Made by a program: the position numbers and the translations under genes | Origin: an uncultured Klebsiella sp. | GTDB taxonomy: Bacteria > Myxococcota_A > UBA796 > SXON01 | Assembly: GCA_964359125.1 (NCBI GenBank) | Contig: CAYHRZ010000001.1 | Coordinates: 1-49,105 of the forward strand | Length of the DNA: 49,105 bases | Direction: 5' to 3' | The notes under the pieces: generated by a model | What the model was told of the DNA's origin: nothing | Databases searched by the model: none | What the model saw: only the letters and a program-made list of their open reading frames with translations | Shown here: piece after piece, positions 1-7,982 of the stretch | Layout: every line of letters begins with the position of its first letter | Position numbering within the stretch: the stretch's first letter is position 1

Positions 1-1
1 C

Positions 2-130
2 GATGCCGACGCCGACGCCGACGCGGACGCCGACGCGGACGCCGACGCCGACGCGGACGCGGACGCGGACGCGGACGCCGACGCGGACACCGATCCCGAC
101 ACCGGGGACACCGGGGACTCCGGGGACAGC
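2..130. repeat. Imperfect hexanucleotide tandem repeat (GCSGAC)x14 followed by ACCGGGGAC-like units
   Basis: Read directly: gccgac/gcggac units from nt 5 to 88, then accgatcccgac accggggac accggggac tccggggac. The repeat is coding and gives the DA/DTG linker of the LTD protein. Confidence 0.9.
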
Positions 131-673
131 GGCAGCGGCGAGGCCGACCCCGTGTTCGACGAGGGCGAGCTCTACGTCAACGAGGTGATGAACAACAGCA
201 CCCCCGTGGCCGACGAACTGGGAGAGTGGTTCGAGTTGGTCAACACCTCTGGACGCGACCTGGAACTCGAGGGCCTCGTCGTGAGCGACGACGACGCCAC
301 CGCTCCGCAGTCCTTCACCGTGGTCGGGTCGCTGGTGGTGCCCGCCGGGGGCTTCGTCGTGTTCGGCAACAACGGCGACCGGGCCACCAACGGCGGCGCG
401 AGTGTCGACTACGTGTTCGACGGCACCGCCTTCCAACTCGGCAACGACGGCGACGAGATCGTGCTCACCCGCGGCGCCACGCTGGTCGACCGGTTCGCGT
501 GGACGGAGGACTGGGCCGAAAACGCCAAGGGCTACTCCATGACCCTCGACGCCGACCGCCTGGACCCCGCCTCGGCCGAGCTCGAGACCTCCTGGTGCCT
601 CGCCACCAGCGGCTTTGGCAGCGACGGGCAGTTCGGCACGCCCGGCGCCACCAACGACGACTGCGGCGTCTGA
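2..673 (+). CDS. Lamin-tail-domain (LTD) protein, 5'-partial (open to the window edge)
   Basis: The frame is open from nt 2. It encodes a (DA)n and DTGD low-complexity linker, then ELYVNEVMNN...GEWFELVN...GGFVVFGNN, which resembles an LTD beta-sandwich. Position 152 in the ORF track is only the first in-frame GTG. Stop is TGA 671-673. Confidence 0.8.
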   Translation, partial: DADADADADADADADADADADADADADADTDPDTGDTGDSGDSGSGEADPVFDEGELYVNEVMNNSTPVADELGEWFELVNTSGRDLELEGLVVSDDDATAPQSFTVVGSLVVPAGGFVVFGNNGDRATNGGASVDYVFDGTAFQLGNDGDEIVLTRGATLVDRFAWTEDWAENAKGYSMTLDADRLDPASAELETSWCLATSGFGSDGQFGTPGATNDDCGV

Positions 674-674
674 G

Positions 675-1181
675 GTGTCGCCCTTCCGCATCCGCGAGCG
701 TCTCCGCGCCCTGCTCGGCCGCGAGCCCAGCATCGCCAGCGACCCCATCCCGCCGCCCCGCGCGCCGTCCCCGAGCCCAGCCGCCCAGCCGCGGCCGGAG
801 GTGAGCGTGTCGATGCACGGTAACGGCGCCACCGAAACCGCGCCCGCCGCGGCCGCAGCCGGGCCTCCCGGGGGGGCCGCCGCCGCGCCCGCCGCCCCCG
901 ATCCCGCGCCCCCGACCGCCGCCGGGCCCTCCGAGGCCGAGTTGGCCAAGCAGAAGAAACACTGGGAGCGCACCCGCAAGGGCATGCTCAAGTGGCTGTC
1001 GGAGCAGGGGGGCTCGGCGACGATGAAAGACATGCACGACCGGGCCGAGGCCCGGTACTTCGTGGCCCACCGCGCCTTCTCGCGGCTGATGGAGGAGTTC
1101 ACCGGCCAGGGCCTCGTCGACTACTCCAGCACGACCGGGATGGTGGTCCTCACCGACGCGGGACGGGCGGAACTCGGGTAG
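675..1181 (+). CDS. Hypothetical protein with Pro/Ala-rich N-terminal half and possible winged-helix C-terminus
   Basis: GTG 675 lies 1 nt after the upstream stop. GC3 is high in this frame. The C-terminal ~75 aa (KKHWERTRKGMLKWLSEQGG...MVVLTDAGRAELG) look globular. I recognise no family and the start is uncertain. Confidence 0.55.
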   Translation: MSPFRIRERLRALLGREPSIASDPIPPPRAPSPSPAAQPRPEVSVSMHGNGATETAPAAAAAGPPGGAAAAPAAPDPAPPTAAGPSEAELAKQKKHWERTRKGMLKWLSEQGGSATMKDMHDRAEARYFVAHRAFSRLMEEFTGQGLVDYSSTTGMVVLTDAGRAELG

Positions 1182-1187
1182 GCGCCC

Positions 1188-2138
1188 TCACGCGCGCAGC
1201 TTCATCAACCCGCGCCGCGCCATCACCCGCGCCATCTGCCGCCGCCAGGCCTCGCCGCCGTGCACGCTGCCCTGCGGGCGCGTCTGCTTGTACACGAGGT
1301 CCGCGATCGCCTCGGCGGTGGTACCGTCGATCGCCGCGCCCGCGAACGCATCCAACCCCCGCACCGGCTTGGGCTGGGGGTTCGCGGCGCCCACCACGAT
1401 CTCCAGCTTGCCGAGCACGTTCTCGTGCACCTCGGCGGCGATGGCGAGGCCCAGCTGCGGGAAGTCGATGCTGTCGCGCGTACGCAGTTTCTGGTAGCTG
1501 CCGCGGAAGTCGACGGCGGGCCGGGGGACGACGACGTCGGTGAGCAACTCGCCGTTGTCGATGGCCAGGTGATCCATCCCGTTGAAGCGGTACAGGTCGC
1601 GGATGGCCAACTCCCGGGCCCCACCCGGCCCCAGGAGCCGCAGCCGCGCGTCGAGTGACAACAACACCGGCACGGTGTCGCTGGACTGCGCGGCCACGCA
1701 GGTCTTGGGTCCACCCACCACGTGGCACCACGTGCCCTCCGCCTTGAGGCAGTACCCCAGCGAGGCCCGCCAGTGCTCGGTCTGGTTGTAGTACAGGCAC
1801 CGGGTGTCGAGCAAGACGTTGCCGCCGAGGGTGCCCATGTTGCGGATCTGCGGCCCGGCCACCGACGCCGCCGCCTCGGCCAGGGGGGGCACCAGCGCCC
1901 GCACCGCGGGGTCGTCGGCCACTGCTTGCAACGTCGTCGTGGCGCCGATCACGAGACTCTCGCCCAGCGAGATGCCACCGGGGATGCCCGAGAGGCTCAC
2001 CAACCGCGACGGCTTGAAGATCCGGTGTTTGACATTCGGCAAGAGGTCCGTGCCACCCGCCACGTACATCGCGCCCGCACCGTGCAGCGAGAGCGCCTCC
2101 TCCCAGGTCCGGGCGAGCCGCAACTCGAAGCCGTCCAT
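1188..2138 (-). CDS. Xanthine-dehydrogenase-family FAD-binding (medium, CoxM/XdhB/HcrB-like) subunit with a 4-Cys insertion
   Basis: ATG at 2136-2138 (MDGFELRL) lies 2 nt after the stop of the upstream subunit gene. It has AGGTDLLP and TLGGN FAD-domain motifs and a C-terminal CO-dehydrogenase flavoprotein-like region. The extra loop is C114-x15-C130-x7-C138-x8-C147. Confidence 0.85.
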   Translation of the reverse strand: MDGFELRLARTWEEALSLHGAGAMYVAGGTDLLPNVKHRIFKPSRLVSLSGIPGGISLGESLVIGATTTLQAVADDPAVRALVPPLAEAAASVAGPQIRNMGTLGGNVLLDTRCLYYNQTEHWRASLGYCLKAEGTWCHVVGGPKTCVAAQSSDTVPVLLSLDARLRLLGPGGARELAIRDLYRFNGMDHLAIDNGELLTDVVVPRPAVDFRGSYQKLRTRDSIDFPQLGLAIAAEVHENVLGKLEIVVGAANPQPKPVRGLDAFAGAAIDGTTAEAIADLVYKQTRPQGSVHGGEAWRRQMARVMARRGLMKLRA

Positions 2139-2140
2139 CC

Positions 2141-4924
2141 TCAGCACGAGGCCGCCCGGATGGCTTCCAGCACGCGCTCGGGCGTGAAGGGGATCCGGCG
2201 CAAGCGGATGCCCACGGCGTCGTAAATCGCGTTGGCGATCGCCGGGATCACCGGGTGCAAGGGCCCCTCGCCGGCCTCCTTGGCGCCGTAGGGACCGCCG
2301 GGGTCGATGCTCTCCACCACCGAGGCGAAAAAGTCGGGACACTCCTTCGACGTGGGAATCCGGTAGTCGAGCAGGTTCGGTCCGCCGTGCAGGCCGCGCT
2401 CGTCGAAGGTGTGCGCCTCCATGATCGCCTCCGCGTAGCCCATGTAGACGCTGCCCTCGATCTGCCCCTCCACCAGTTGCGGGTTGAGCGCGCGTCCGCA
2501 GTCGTGCGCCGCCCACACCTTCTCGACCCGCACGATCCCCGTCTCGGGATCGACGACCACCTCGCACACGTGGGCGGTGGTACTGTAGGCCGGCGAGGCG
2601 CCGATCGTTCCCCCGCGGTAGTCGCCGCCGATCTTCCGCGTGCGGTACCCGCCGGCGGTGGCCAGCGGCGTGCCCTCGGCGGCCTCAGCGAGCACCAGGG
2701 CCTCCCGCGCCGAGATGCTCCGGCCGGTGTCGTCGCCCAGTGTTCCAAAGCCCACCGTCACCGCTTCCGGCGTCGTTTCCCACGCCGTGGCCACGGCGGC
2801 GCGCATCTTGGCAGCCATCGCCTTCCCCGCCTCCTCGGCGGCGATGCCACACATGAAGGTAACCCGGGAGCTGTAACTACCCAGGTCCACCGGCGTGAGT
2901 TCCGTGTCGCCGCTCACCACGGTGATGTACTCCGGCGGCACACCCGTCTCCTCGGCCACGATGTAGGCGAGCATGCCGTCGCTGCCCTGGCCGATGTCGT
3001 TGGCCCCGCAGAACACGGTGATCTTGCCGCTGCGATCCGCCCGGAGGATCACCCCCGACTGGGGCATCTCGTTGGGGTAGATTGGGTACGCCGTGCCGCT
3101 GATATACATCGAGGTAGCCACCCCCAGGCCGCGTCCCCGGCCCATCTTGCCGTGACGACGTTTCCAGCCGGAGGCCCCCTCCACCGCGTCGAGGCAGGCA
3201 GCCAGTGCCGTGGACGGGACGAGCTGCCCGTTGACGGTGGACTGTCCCGACACCATGGCGTTGCGCCTGCGGATCTCGATTGGGTCGAGTGACAGTTTCG
3301 CGGCGATTTCGTCGAGCGCGATCTCGAAGGCAAAACGCGGCTGCACGCTGCCGTGCCCACGCTTGGGGCCACAGCAGGGCTTGTTCGTGTACACTCGCCG
3401 CGAGCGGAAGTGGTAGGTCCGGAAGTCGACCGGACCGGTGAGTAACTGCCCCGCGTAGTAGGTGGTGACGAGCCCGAACGAGTGGTAGGCGCCGCCGTCG
3501 ATGAGCACGTCGTTGTCGACCGCCGTGACCTTCCCGTTGGCATCCGCGCCCATCCGCATGTGCATCAGCATCGGGTGACGACCACGGTGGGCGTAGAACA
3601 CCTCCTCCCGGGTGTAGAGGATCTTCACCGGCCGCCCGGCCTTCTTCGCCAGCAAGGCCGTGCAGAACTCCAGGTCGAAGGGCTCGGACTTGCCCCCGAA
3701 GGCGCCGCCGAGCACCGGTTGGATGACGCGCACGCGCTCGCCGGGCAAGCCGAGCACCTTGCCCAGCTCCCGGTGCAGGTAGTGGCTCACCTGGGTGCTC
3801 GACCACACCGTGAGGAAGCCATCCGCGCTCCAGCTCGCCACCGCGCAGTGCGGCTCGATCGGGGCGTGCGTGGAGCCCTCGTAGAAGAACTCGGCGTCGA
3901 CGGTGGCCGCGGCCGCCGCAAGTTCGCCCTCCACGTCGCCGAAGGCCAGGTCCACTTCCTTGCACACGTTGTCGGTGCGCGGACGTCCCTTCCAGTCGGC
4001 CTCGTGGACCAGCGGGGCGCCGGGGGCCGCCGCAGCGGCAGGATCGAGCACCAGCGGCAGGTCCTCGTAGTCCACCTCGATGGCCGCCAGCGCCCGGTTG
4101 GCGGTCTCCTCGTCGATAGCCGCCACCGCCGCCACCCCCTCGCCGATGTAGCGGACCTTGCCCACCGCCAGCACCGTCTCGTCGGGCGTCCAGGGGATGA
4201 TGCAGTACGGCGTGGGCAACTCCGCGCCGGTCATCACCGCGAAGACCCCGGGCATCGCCTCGGCCGCCGCCACGCGGATGGCGAGGATCTTGGCGTGGGC
4301 GCGGGTGGACCGCAGGATCTTGCCGTGCGCCATCCGGGGCAGGGCGATGTCGTCGGCGTAAATGGCCTCGCCGGTGGCCTTCTTGATGGCGTCGGCCTTG
4401 CGCCCGCGTGCACCCAGGACGTTGAAGCCCGGCGCGGGTGTGCCGTACCGTAGCGGCACCTGCCGCGCCGTGGCGCCCGCGTTGCGCACGGCCTCGAAGA
4501 TCTTGGTGTAGCCGGTACACCGGCACAGGTTGCCCGACAGCGCCTCGCGGATGTCGGCGTCGCTCGGATTGGGCTGTCGCGACAAGAGTGCCTTCGCCGA
4601 CAGGATCATGCCCGGCTGGCAGAACCCGCACTGCAAGGCGCCCGCGACGTCGAAGGCGCGCTGCACGGGATCGGGGCCCTCGGCGGTGGCCAGGCCCTCG
4701 ATCGTGGTCACCTCGCCGCGGACGGCATGGGCCAGCGTCAGGCACGACAACGTGGGCTTGCCGTCCAACAACACCGTGCAGGCTCCACAGTCACCCTTGT
4801 CGCACCCCTGTTTGCTGCCGGTGAGCCCCGCGGCGTAGCGCAGCGCCTCGAGCAGGGTCCAGTGCTCGGGGACGGCGACGACGAGGTCGCTGCCGTTGAC
4901 GCGGAGTGAGCACGGCGAGGACAT
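2141..4924 (-). CDS. Fused [2Fe-2S] small subunit + molybdopterin-binding large subunit of the xanthine dehydrogenase / aldehyde oxidoreductase family
   Basis: The N-terminus carries CDKGDCGACTV...SC and QCGFCQPG...CRCTGY, the two [2Fe-2S] motifs. About 760 aa typical of the Mo-hydroxylase large subunit follow (a/b-hammerhead, GGAFGGK-type motif). Confidence 0.9.
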   Translation of the reverse strand: MSSPCSLRVNGSDLVVAVPEHWTLLEALRYAAGLTGSKQGCDKGDCGACTVLLDGKPTLSCLTLAHAVRGEVTTIEGLATAEGPDPVQRAFDVAGALQCGFCQPGMILSAKALLSRQPNPSDADIREALSGNLCRCTGYTKIFEAVRNAGATARQVPLRYGTPAPGFNVLGARGRKADAIKKATGEAIYADDIALPRMAHGKILRSTRAHAKILAIRVAAAEAMPGVFAVMTGAELPTPYCIIPWTPDETVLAVGKVRYIGEGVAAVAAIDEETANRALAAIEVDYEDLPLVLDPAAAAAPGAPLVHEADWKGRPRTDNVCKEVDLAFGDVEGELAAAAATVDAEFFYEGSTHAPIEPHCAVASWSADGFLTVWSSTQVSHYLHRELGKVLGLPGERVRVIQPVLGGAFGGKSEPFDLEFCTALLAKKAGRPVKILYTREEVFYAHRGRHPMLMHMRMGADANGKVTAVDNDVLIDGGAYHSFGLVTTYYAGQLLTGPVDFRTYHFRSRRVYTNKPCCGPKRGHGSVQPRFAFEIALDEIAAKLSLDPIEIRRRNAMVSGQSTVNGQLVPSTALAACLDAVEGASGWKRRHGKMGRGRGLGVATSMYISGTAYPIYPNEMPQSGVILRADRSGKITVFCGANDIGQGSDGMLAYIVAEETGVPPEYITVVSGDTELTPVDLGSYSSRVTFMCGIAAEEAGKAMAAKMRAAVATAWETTPEAVTVGFGTLGDDTGRSISAREALVLAEAAEGTPLATAGGYRTRKIGGDYRGGTIGASPAYSTTAHVCEVVVDPETGIVRVEKVWAAHDCGRALNPQLVEGQIEGSVYMGYAEAIMEAHTFDERGLHGGPNLLDYRIPTSKECPDFFASVVESIDPGGPYGAKEAGEGPLHPVIPAIANAIYDAVGIRLRRIPFTPERVLEAIRAASC

Positions 4925-4957
4925 AGGGCGGGGCTAACCGCGCTACGTTCCGCCGCC

Positions 4958-5389
4958 ATGGCCCTGCCCGACCCCTGGGAATCCCGACTCGCCCGCACCC
5001 GGGCCGAAGCCGGGCGATTCGCACCGTTCCTGGGCGAGTGGGTCGGCGGCGGCGAGGCCCACGGTACCGCCACCGGGGGCACGCTCTGCGGGGCGGCGAT
5101 CCTCGACGGCAGCATCGTGGAAGTGAACGAGCGCACCGGGGAGCACGAGGACCGTTCGTTCTACCGCTTCGACCCTGACAACGGTGGCTTCTCCGTGCTG
5201 CACATGATGGCGGGCGCCCACCTGCGCGAGTACCCAGTGGAGTTCACCGCGACGGGCCTGGTGTGGGTCACGCCGCCGAGCGAGCCCGCCGTGGAGTGGA
5301 CTTTCTCAGCCACCGAACTGGTGTGCGAGGTCACCTGGCCGGGCGACGAGCAGCCCGAGGTGCGCGTGCGCTGGCGGCGGTCGCGGTAG
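4958..5389 (+). CDS. Hypothetical small soluble protein (beta-barrel-like, DUF1579-like by eye)
   Basis: 143-aa ORF with an ATG start, good GC3 and a non-repetitive sequence ([13 protein letters not shown]...[16 protein letters not shown]...). Family assignment is tentative. Confidence 0.6.
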   Translation: MALPDPWESRLARTRAEAGRFAPFLGEWVGGGEAHGTATGGTLCGAAILDGSIVEVNERTGEHEDRSFYRFDPDNGGFSVLHMMAGAHLREYPVEFTATGLVWVTPPSEPAVEWTFSATELVCEVTWPGDEQPEVRVRWRRSR

Positions 5390-5399
5390 GAGGCCCGCT

Positions 5400-6482
5400 G
5401 TGCCCGGCAACAGCCTTGGTCGTCGCTTCCGGGTCACCACCTTCGGCGAGAGCCACGGCCCCGCCCTCGGCGTGGTGATCGACGGCGTGCCGCCGGGGAT
5501 CGTGCTGGACCTGGGCCACGTGGCCGCCGACCTCGCCCGGCGCCGCCCTGGCCAGTCCGCGATCACCAGCCCACGCAGGGAGGCCGACACCTTCGAGGTG
5601 CTCAGCGGCGTGTTCGAGGGCAAGACGCTGGGTACGCCACTGGCGATGCTGTTTCGCAACACCGACGTAAAATCAGCCGACTACGATAATCTTCGTGATA
5701 CGTATCGACCGTCTCACGCCGACTACACCTACGACGCGCGGTTCGGCCTGCGCGACCACCGCGGCGGCGGGCGTGCTTCAGCCCGGGAAACCGTGGGCCG
5801 GGTGGCGGCCGGCGCGGTGGCCCGACAGGTATTGCTGGCCCAGGGCATCGAGGTGGTGGCCTGGGTGGCCGAGGTGGCCGGTATCGGCTCGACGGTCGAC
5901 GACACCACGGTGGGCCGCCAGGACGTCGACGCCAACGACGTGCGCTGCCCCGACGTCGCGGCCGCCCCCGCCATCGACGCCGCCATCCGCGCCGCCCGCG
6001 CCGAGGGCGACACCCTGGGCGGCATCGTGCGCTGCACATGCCGAGGCGTGCCGCCCGGCCTCGGTAGCCCCGTGTTCGACAAGTTGGAAGCCGACCTCGC
6101 CAAGGCCATGTTGTCGATCCCCGCCGCCAAGGGCTTCGAGTCGGGTAGTGGCTACGGCGGCACGACGATGCGTGGTTCCGCCCACAACGACCCCTTCGTC
6201 CCCGGGCCTCGCGGCCCCGTCACCACCACCAACCACTCCGGCGGCATCCAGGGGGGCATCAGCAACGGCATGCCGGTGAACTTCTCGGTGGCGTTCAAGC
6301 CGGTGGCCACCATCTTCTCGCCCCAGAGCACGGTCAACGACCGCGGCGAGGCAGTGACGCTGAAACCCCGGGGCCGGCACGACCCCTGCGTCTTGCCGCG
6401 GGCGGTGCCCATCGTCGAGGCCATGGCGTGCCTCGTCCTGGTCGACCACTGGCTGGAACGGGTATGGCGCCCGGCCGGCTGA
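5400..6482 (+). CDS. aroC: Chorismate synthase
   Basis: N-terminus [31 protein letters not shown], plus RPSHADYTY and [11 protein letters not shown], are canonical AroC motifs. Length is 360 aa. Confidence 0.95.
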   Translation: MPGNSLGRRFRVTTFGESHGPALGVVIDGVPPGIVLDLGHVAADLARRRPGQSAITSPRREADTFEVLSGVFEGKTLGTPLAMLFRNTDVKSADYDNLRDTYRPSHADYTYDARFGLRDHRGGGRASARETVGRVAAGAVARQVLLAQGIEVVAWVAEVAGIGSTVDDTTVGRQDVDANDVRCPDVAAAPAIDAAIRAARAEGDTLGGIVRCTCRGVPPGLGSPVFDKLEADLAKAMLSIPAAKGFESGSGYGGTTMRGSAHNDPFVPGPRGPVTTTNHSGGIQGGISNGMPVNFSVAFKPVATIFSPQSTVNDRGEAVTLKPRGRHDPCVLPRAVPIVEAMACLVLVDHWLERVWRPAG

Positions 6483-6569
6483 GCCGGCCGACCTCCCCGC
6501 CCCGTGACGAGTAGAGGGAATCACGTCGTCGCCGCCGGTGTCGGGCTAGGTTCAGCGCCCGGAGACGAA

Positions 6570-7982
6570 GTGACCCATTTTTCCCAGTTCGGTATCGACT
6601 CGGCCCTCTGCCAGCGCGTGCTGGCGGCCGCTCTCTCCCGCGGCGCCGACGACGCGGACCTGTACTTCGAGCACGCCGGCAGCACCGCCGTGGCGCTGAG
6701 CGACAACAAGGTCAACCGCGCCAGCACCCACGTGGACCTCGGCGTGGGCGTGCGTGTCGTGGTCGGCGACCAAGTCGGCTACGCCTACACCGAGGAGTTG
6801 ACCGAAACATCCATGATACAAGCCGCGCGTATCGCCGCCGAGATCGCCGCGGGCAACCGCCAACATGTTCCGGTATCGATCAACGAACTGCGGCACGCCG
6901 ATCGCTACCGGGCGGTGCTGCCCTGGGAGGGCGTCGAACTCTCCACCCGCGTGAACCTCGTCCGCGACTGGGAGCAGCGCGCCTTCGCCAAGGACCCGCG
7001 GGTGCTCAAGGTGGAGACGTCTCTGGCCGACAGCTTCAAGCACGTCCTCGTGGTGCGGCCCGACGGCCGCGCCGTGTACGACTACCAGCCCATGACCCGG
7101 GGCTGGGTGGTGGTCACCGCGAAAGACGGGGAGCGCCGCGAGTCGAGCAACGCGAACCTCGCCCAGCGGGCGGGCCTGGAGTTCTACACCCCCGAGCGCA
7201 CCGAGCGCATGTGCGACAAGGCGGTCAACGACACGATCGCGCTCTTCGACGCTGCCAAGGCGCCAGCCGGCGAGATGACGGTCGTGCTCGGCGCCGGCTC
7301 CTCTGGCATCCTCTTGCACGAGGCGATCGGGCACGGCCTGGAGGCCGACTTCAACCGCAAGGGCATCAGCATCTTCGCCGACCGGGTGGGCACCCGAGTC
7401 GCGCCGCCCGGCGTCACGGTGGTCGACGACGGGACGATTCCCTTCGCGCGCGGGACGATCAATACCGACGACGAGGGCAACGCGGCCGAGCGCACGGTGC
7501 TGGTCGACGACGGCATCCTGCGCGGCTTCCTCCACGACGAGATCAGCGCCCGGCACTACGGCGTTCGCCCCACCGGCTCGGGACGCCGGGAGAGCTTCCG
7601 GCACGTGGTCCTGCCCCGGATGCGCTCCACCTACATGGAGTCGGGCAACTTCGCCCCCGAGGAGATCATCGCCTCGGTACAGAACGGCATCTACTGCGCC
7701 GACTTCGCAAACGGCCAGGTGCAGATCGGCGCGGGCGACTTCGCCTTCTACGTGCGCCGGGGCTTCCTCATCGAGGGCGGCAAGCTCACCCGCCCGATCA
7801 AGGACGTGAACCTCATCGGCAACGGCCCGCAGGTGCTCGCCACCGTCGAGATGGTCGGCAACGACCTGCAGATCGACGAGGGCGGGTGGACATGTGGGAA
7901 AGACGGGCAGTCGGTGCCGGTGAGCCAGGGTATGCCCACGGTGAAGGTGTCCAAACTCTCGGTGGGCGGGGTGTCGGCATGA
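6570..7982 (+). CDS. tldD: Metalloprotease TldD
   Basis: HEAIGHGLEADF motif and full-length similarity to TldD. I chose GTG 6570, which is preceded by GGAG. The ORF is open from GTG 6504, so the start is uncertain. Confidence 0.9.
   Translation: MTHFSQFGIDSALCQRVLAAALSRGADDADLYFEHAGSTAVALSDNKVNRASTHVDLGVGVRVVVGDQVGYAYTEELTETSMIQAARIAAEIAAGNRQHVPVSINELRHADRYRAVLPWEGVELSTRVNLVRDWEQRAFAKDPRVLKVETSLADSFKHVLVVRPDGRAVYDYQPMTRGWVVVTAKDGERRESSNANLAQRAGLEFYTPERTERMCDKAVNDTIALFDAAKAPAGEMTVVLGAGSSGILLHEAIGHGLEADFNRKGISIFADRVGTRVAPPGVTVVDDGTIPFARGTINTDDEGNAAERTVLVDDGILRGFLHDEISARHYGVRPTGSGRRESFRHVVLPRMRSTYMESGNFAPEEIIASVQNGIYCADFANGQVQIGAGDFAFYVRRGFLIEGGKLTRPIKDVNLIGNGPQVLATVEMVGNDLQIDEGGWTCGKDGQSVPVSQGMPTVKVSKLSVGGVSA

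Noticed and set aside
3-188. ORF encoding PTPTRTPTRT... at the left edge
   Set aside because: It is the alternative frame of the (GCSGAC)n repeat. The frame giving (DA)n continues without interruption into the LTD domain, so that one is the real frame.
1712-1740. CACGTG-containing strings inside genes (CCACCACGTGGCACCACGTGCC in the FAD-subunit gene; TTCCACGTGGAA at 20401-20412 in the methyltransferase gene) as members of the ACGTG repeat family
   Set aside because: They are in coding sequence (the first encodes part of the Cys loop), lack the GCGCCCC/GGGTCG flanks, and are compatible with chance at this composition.
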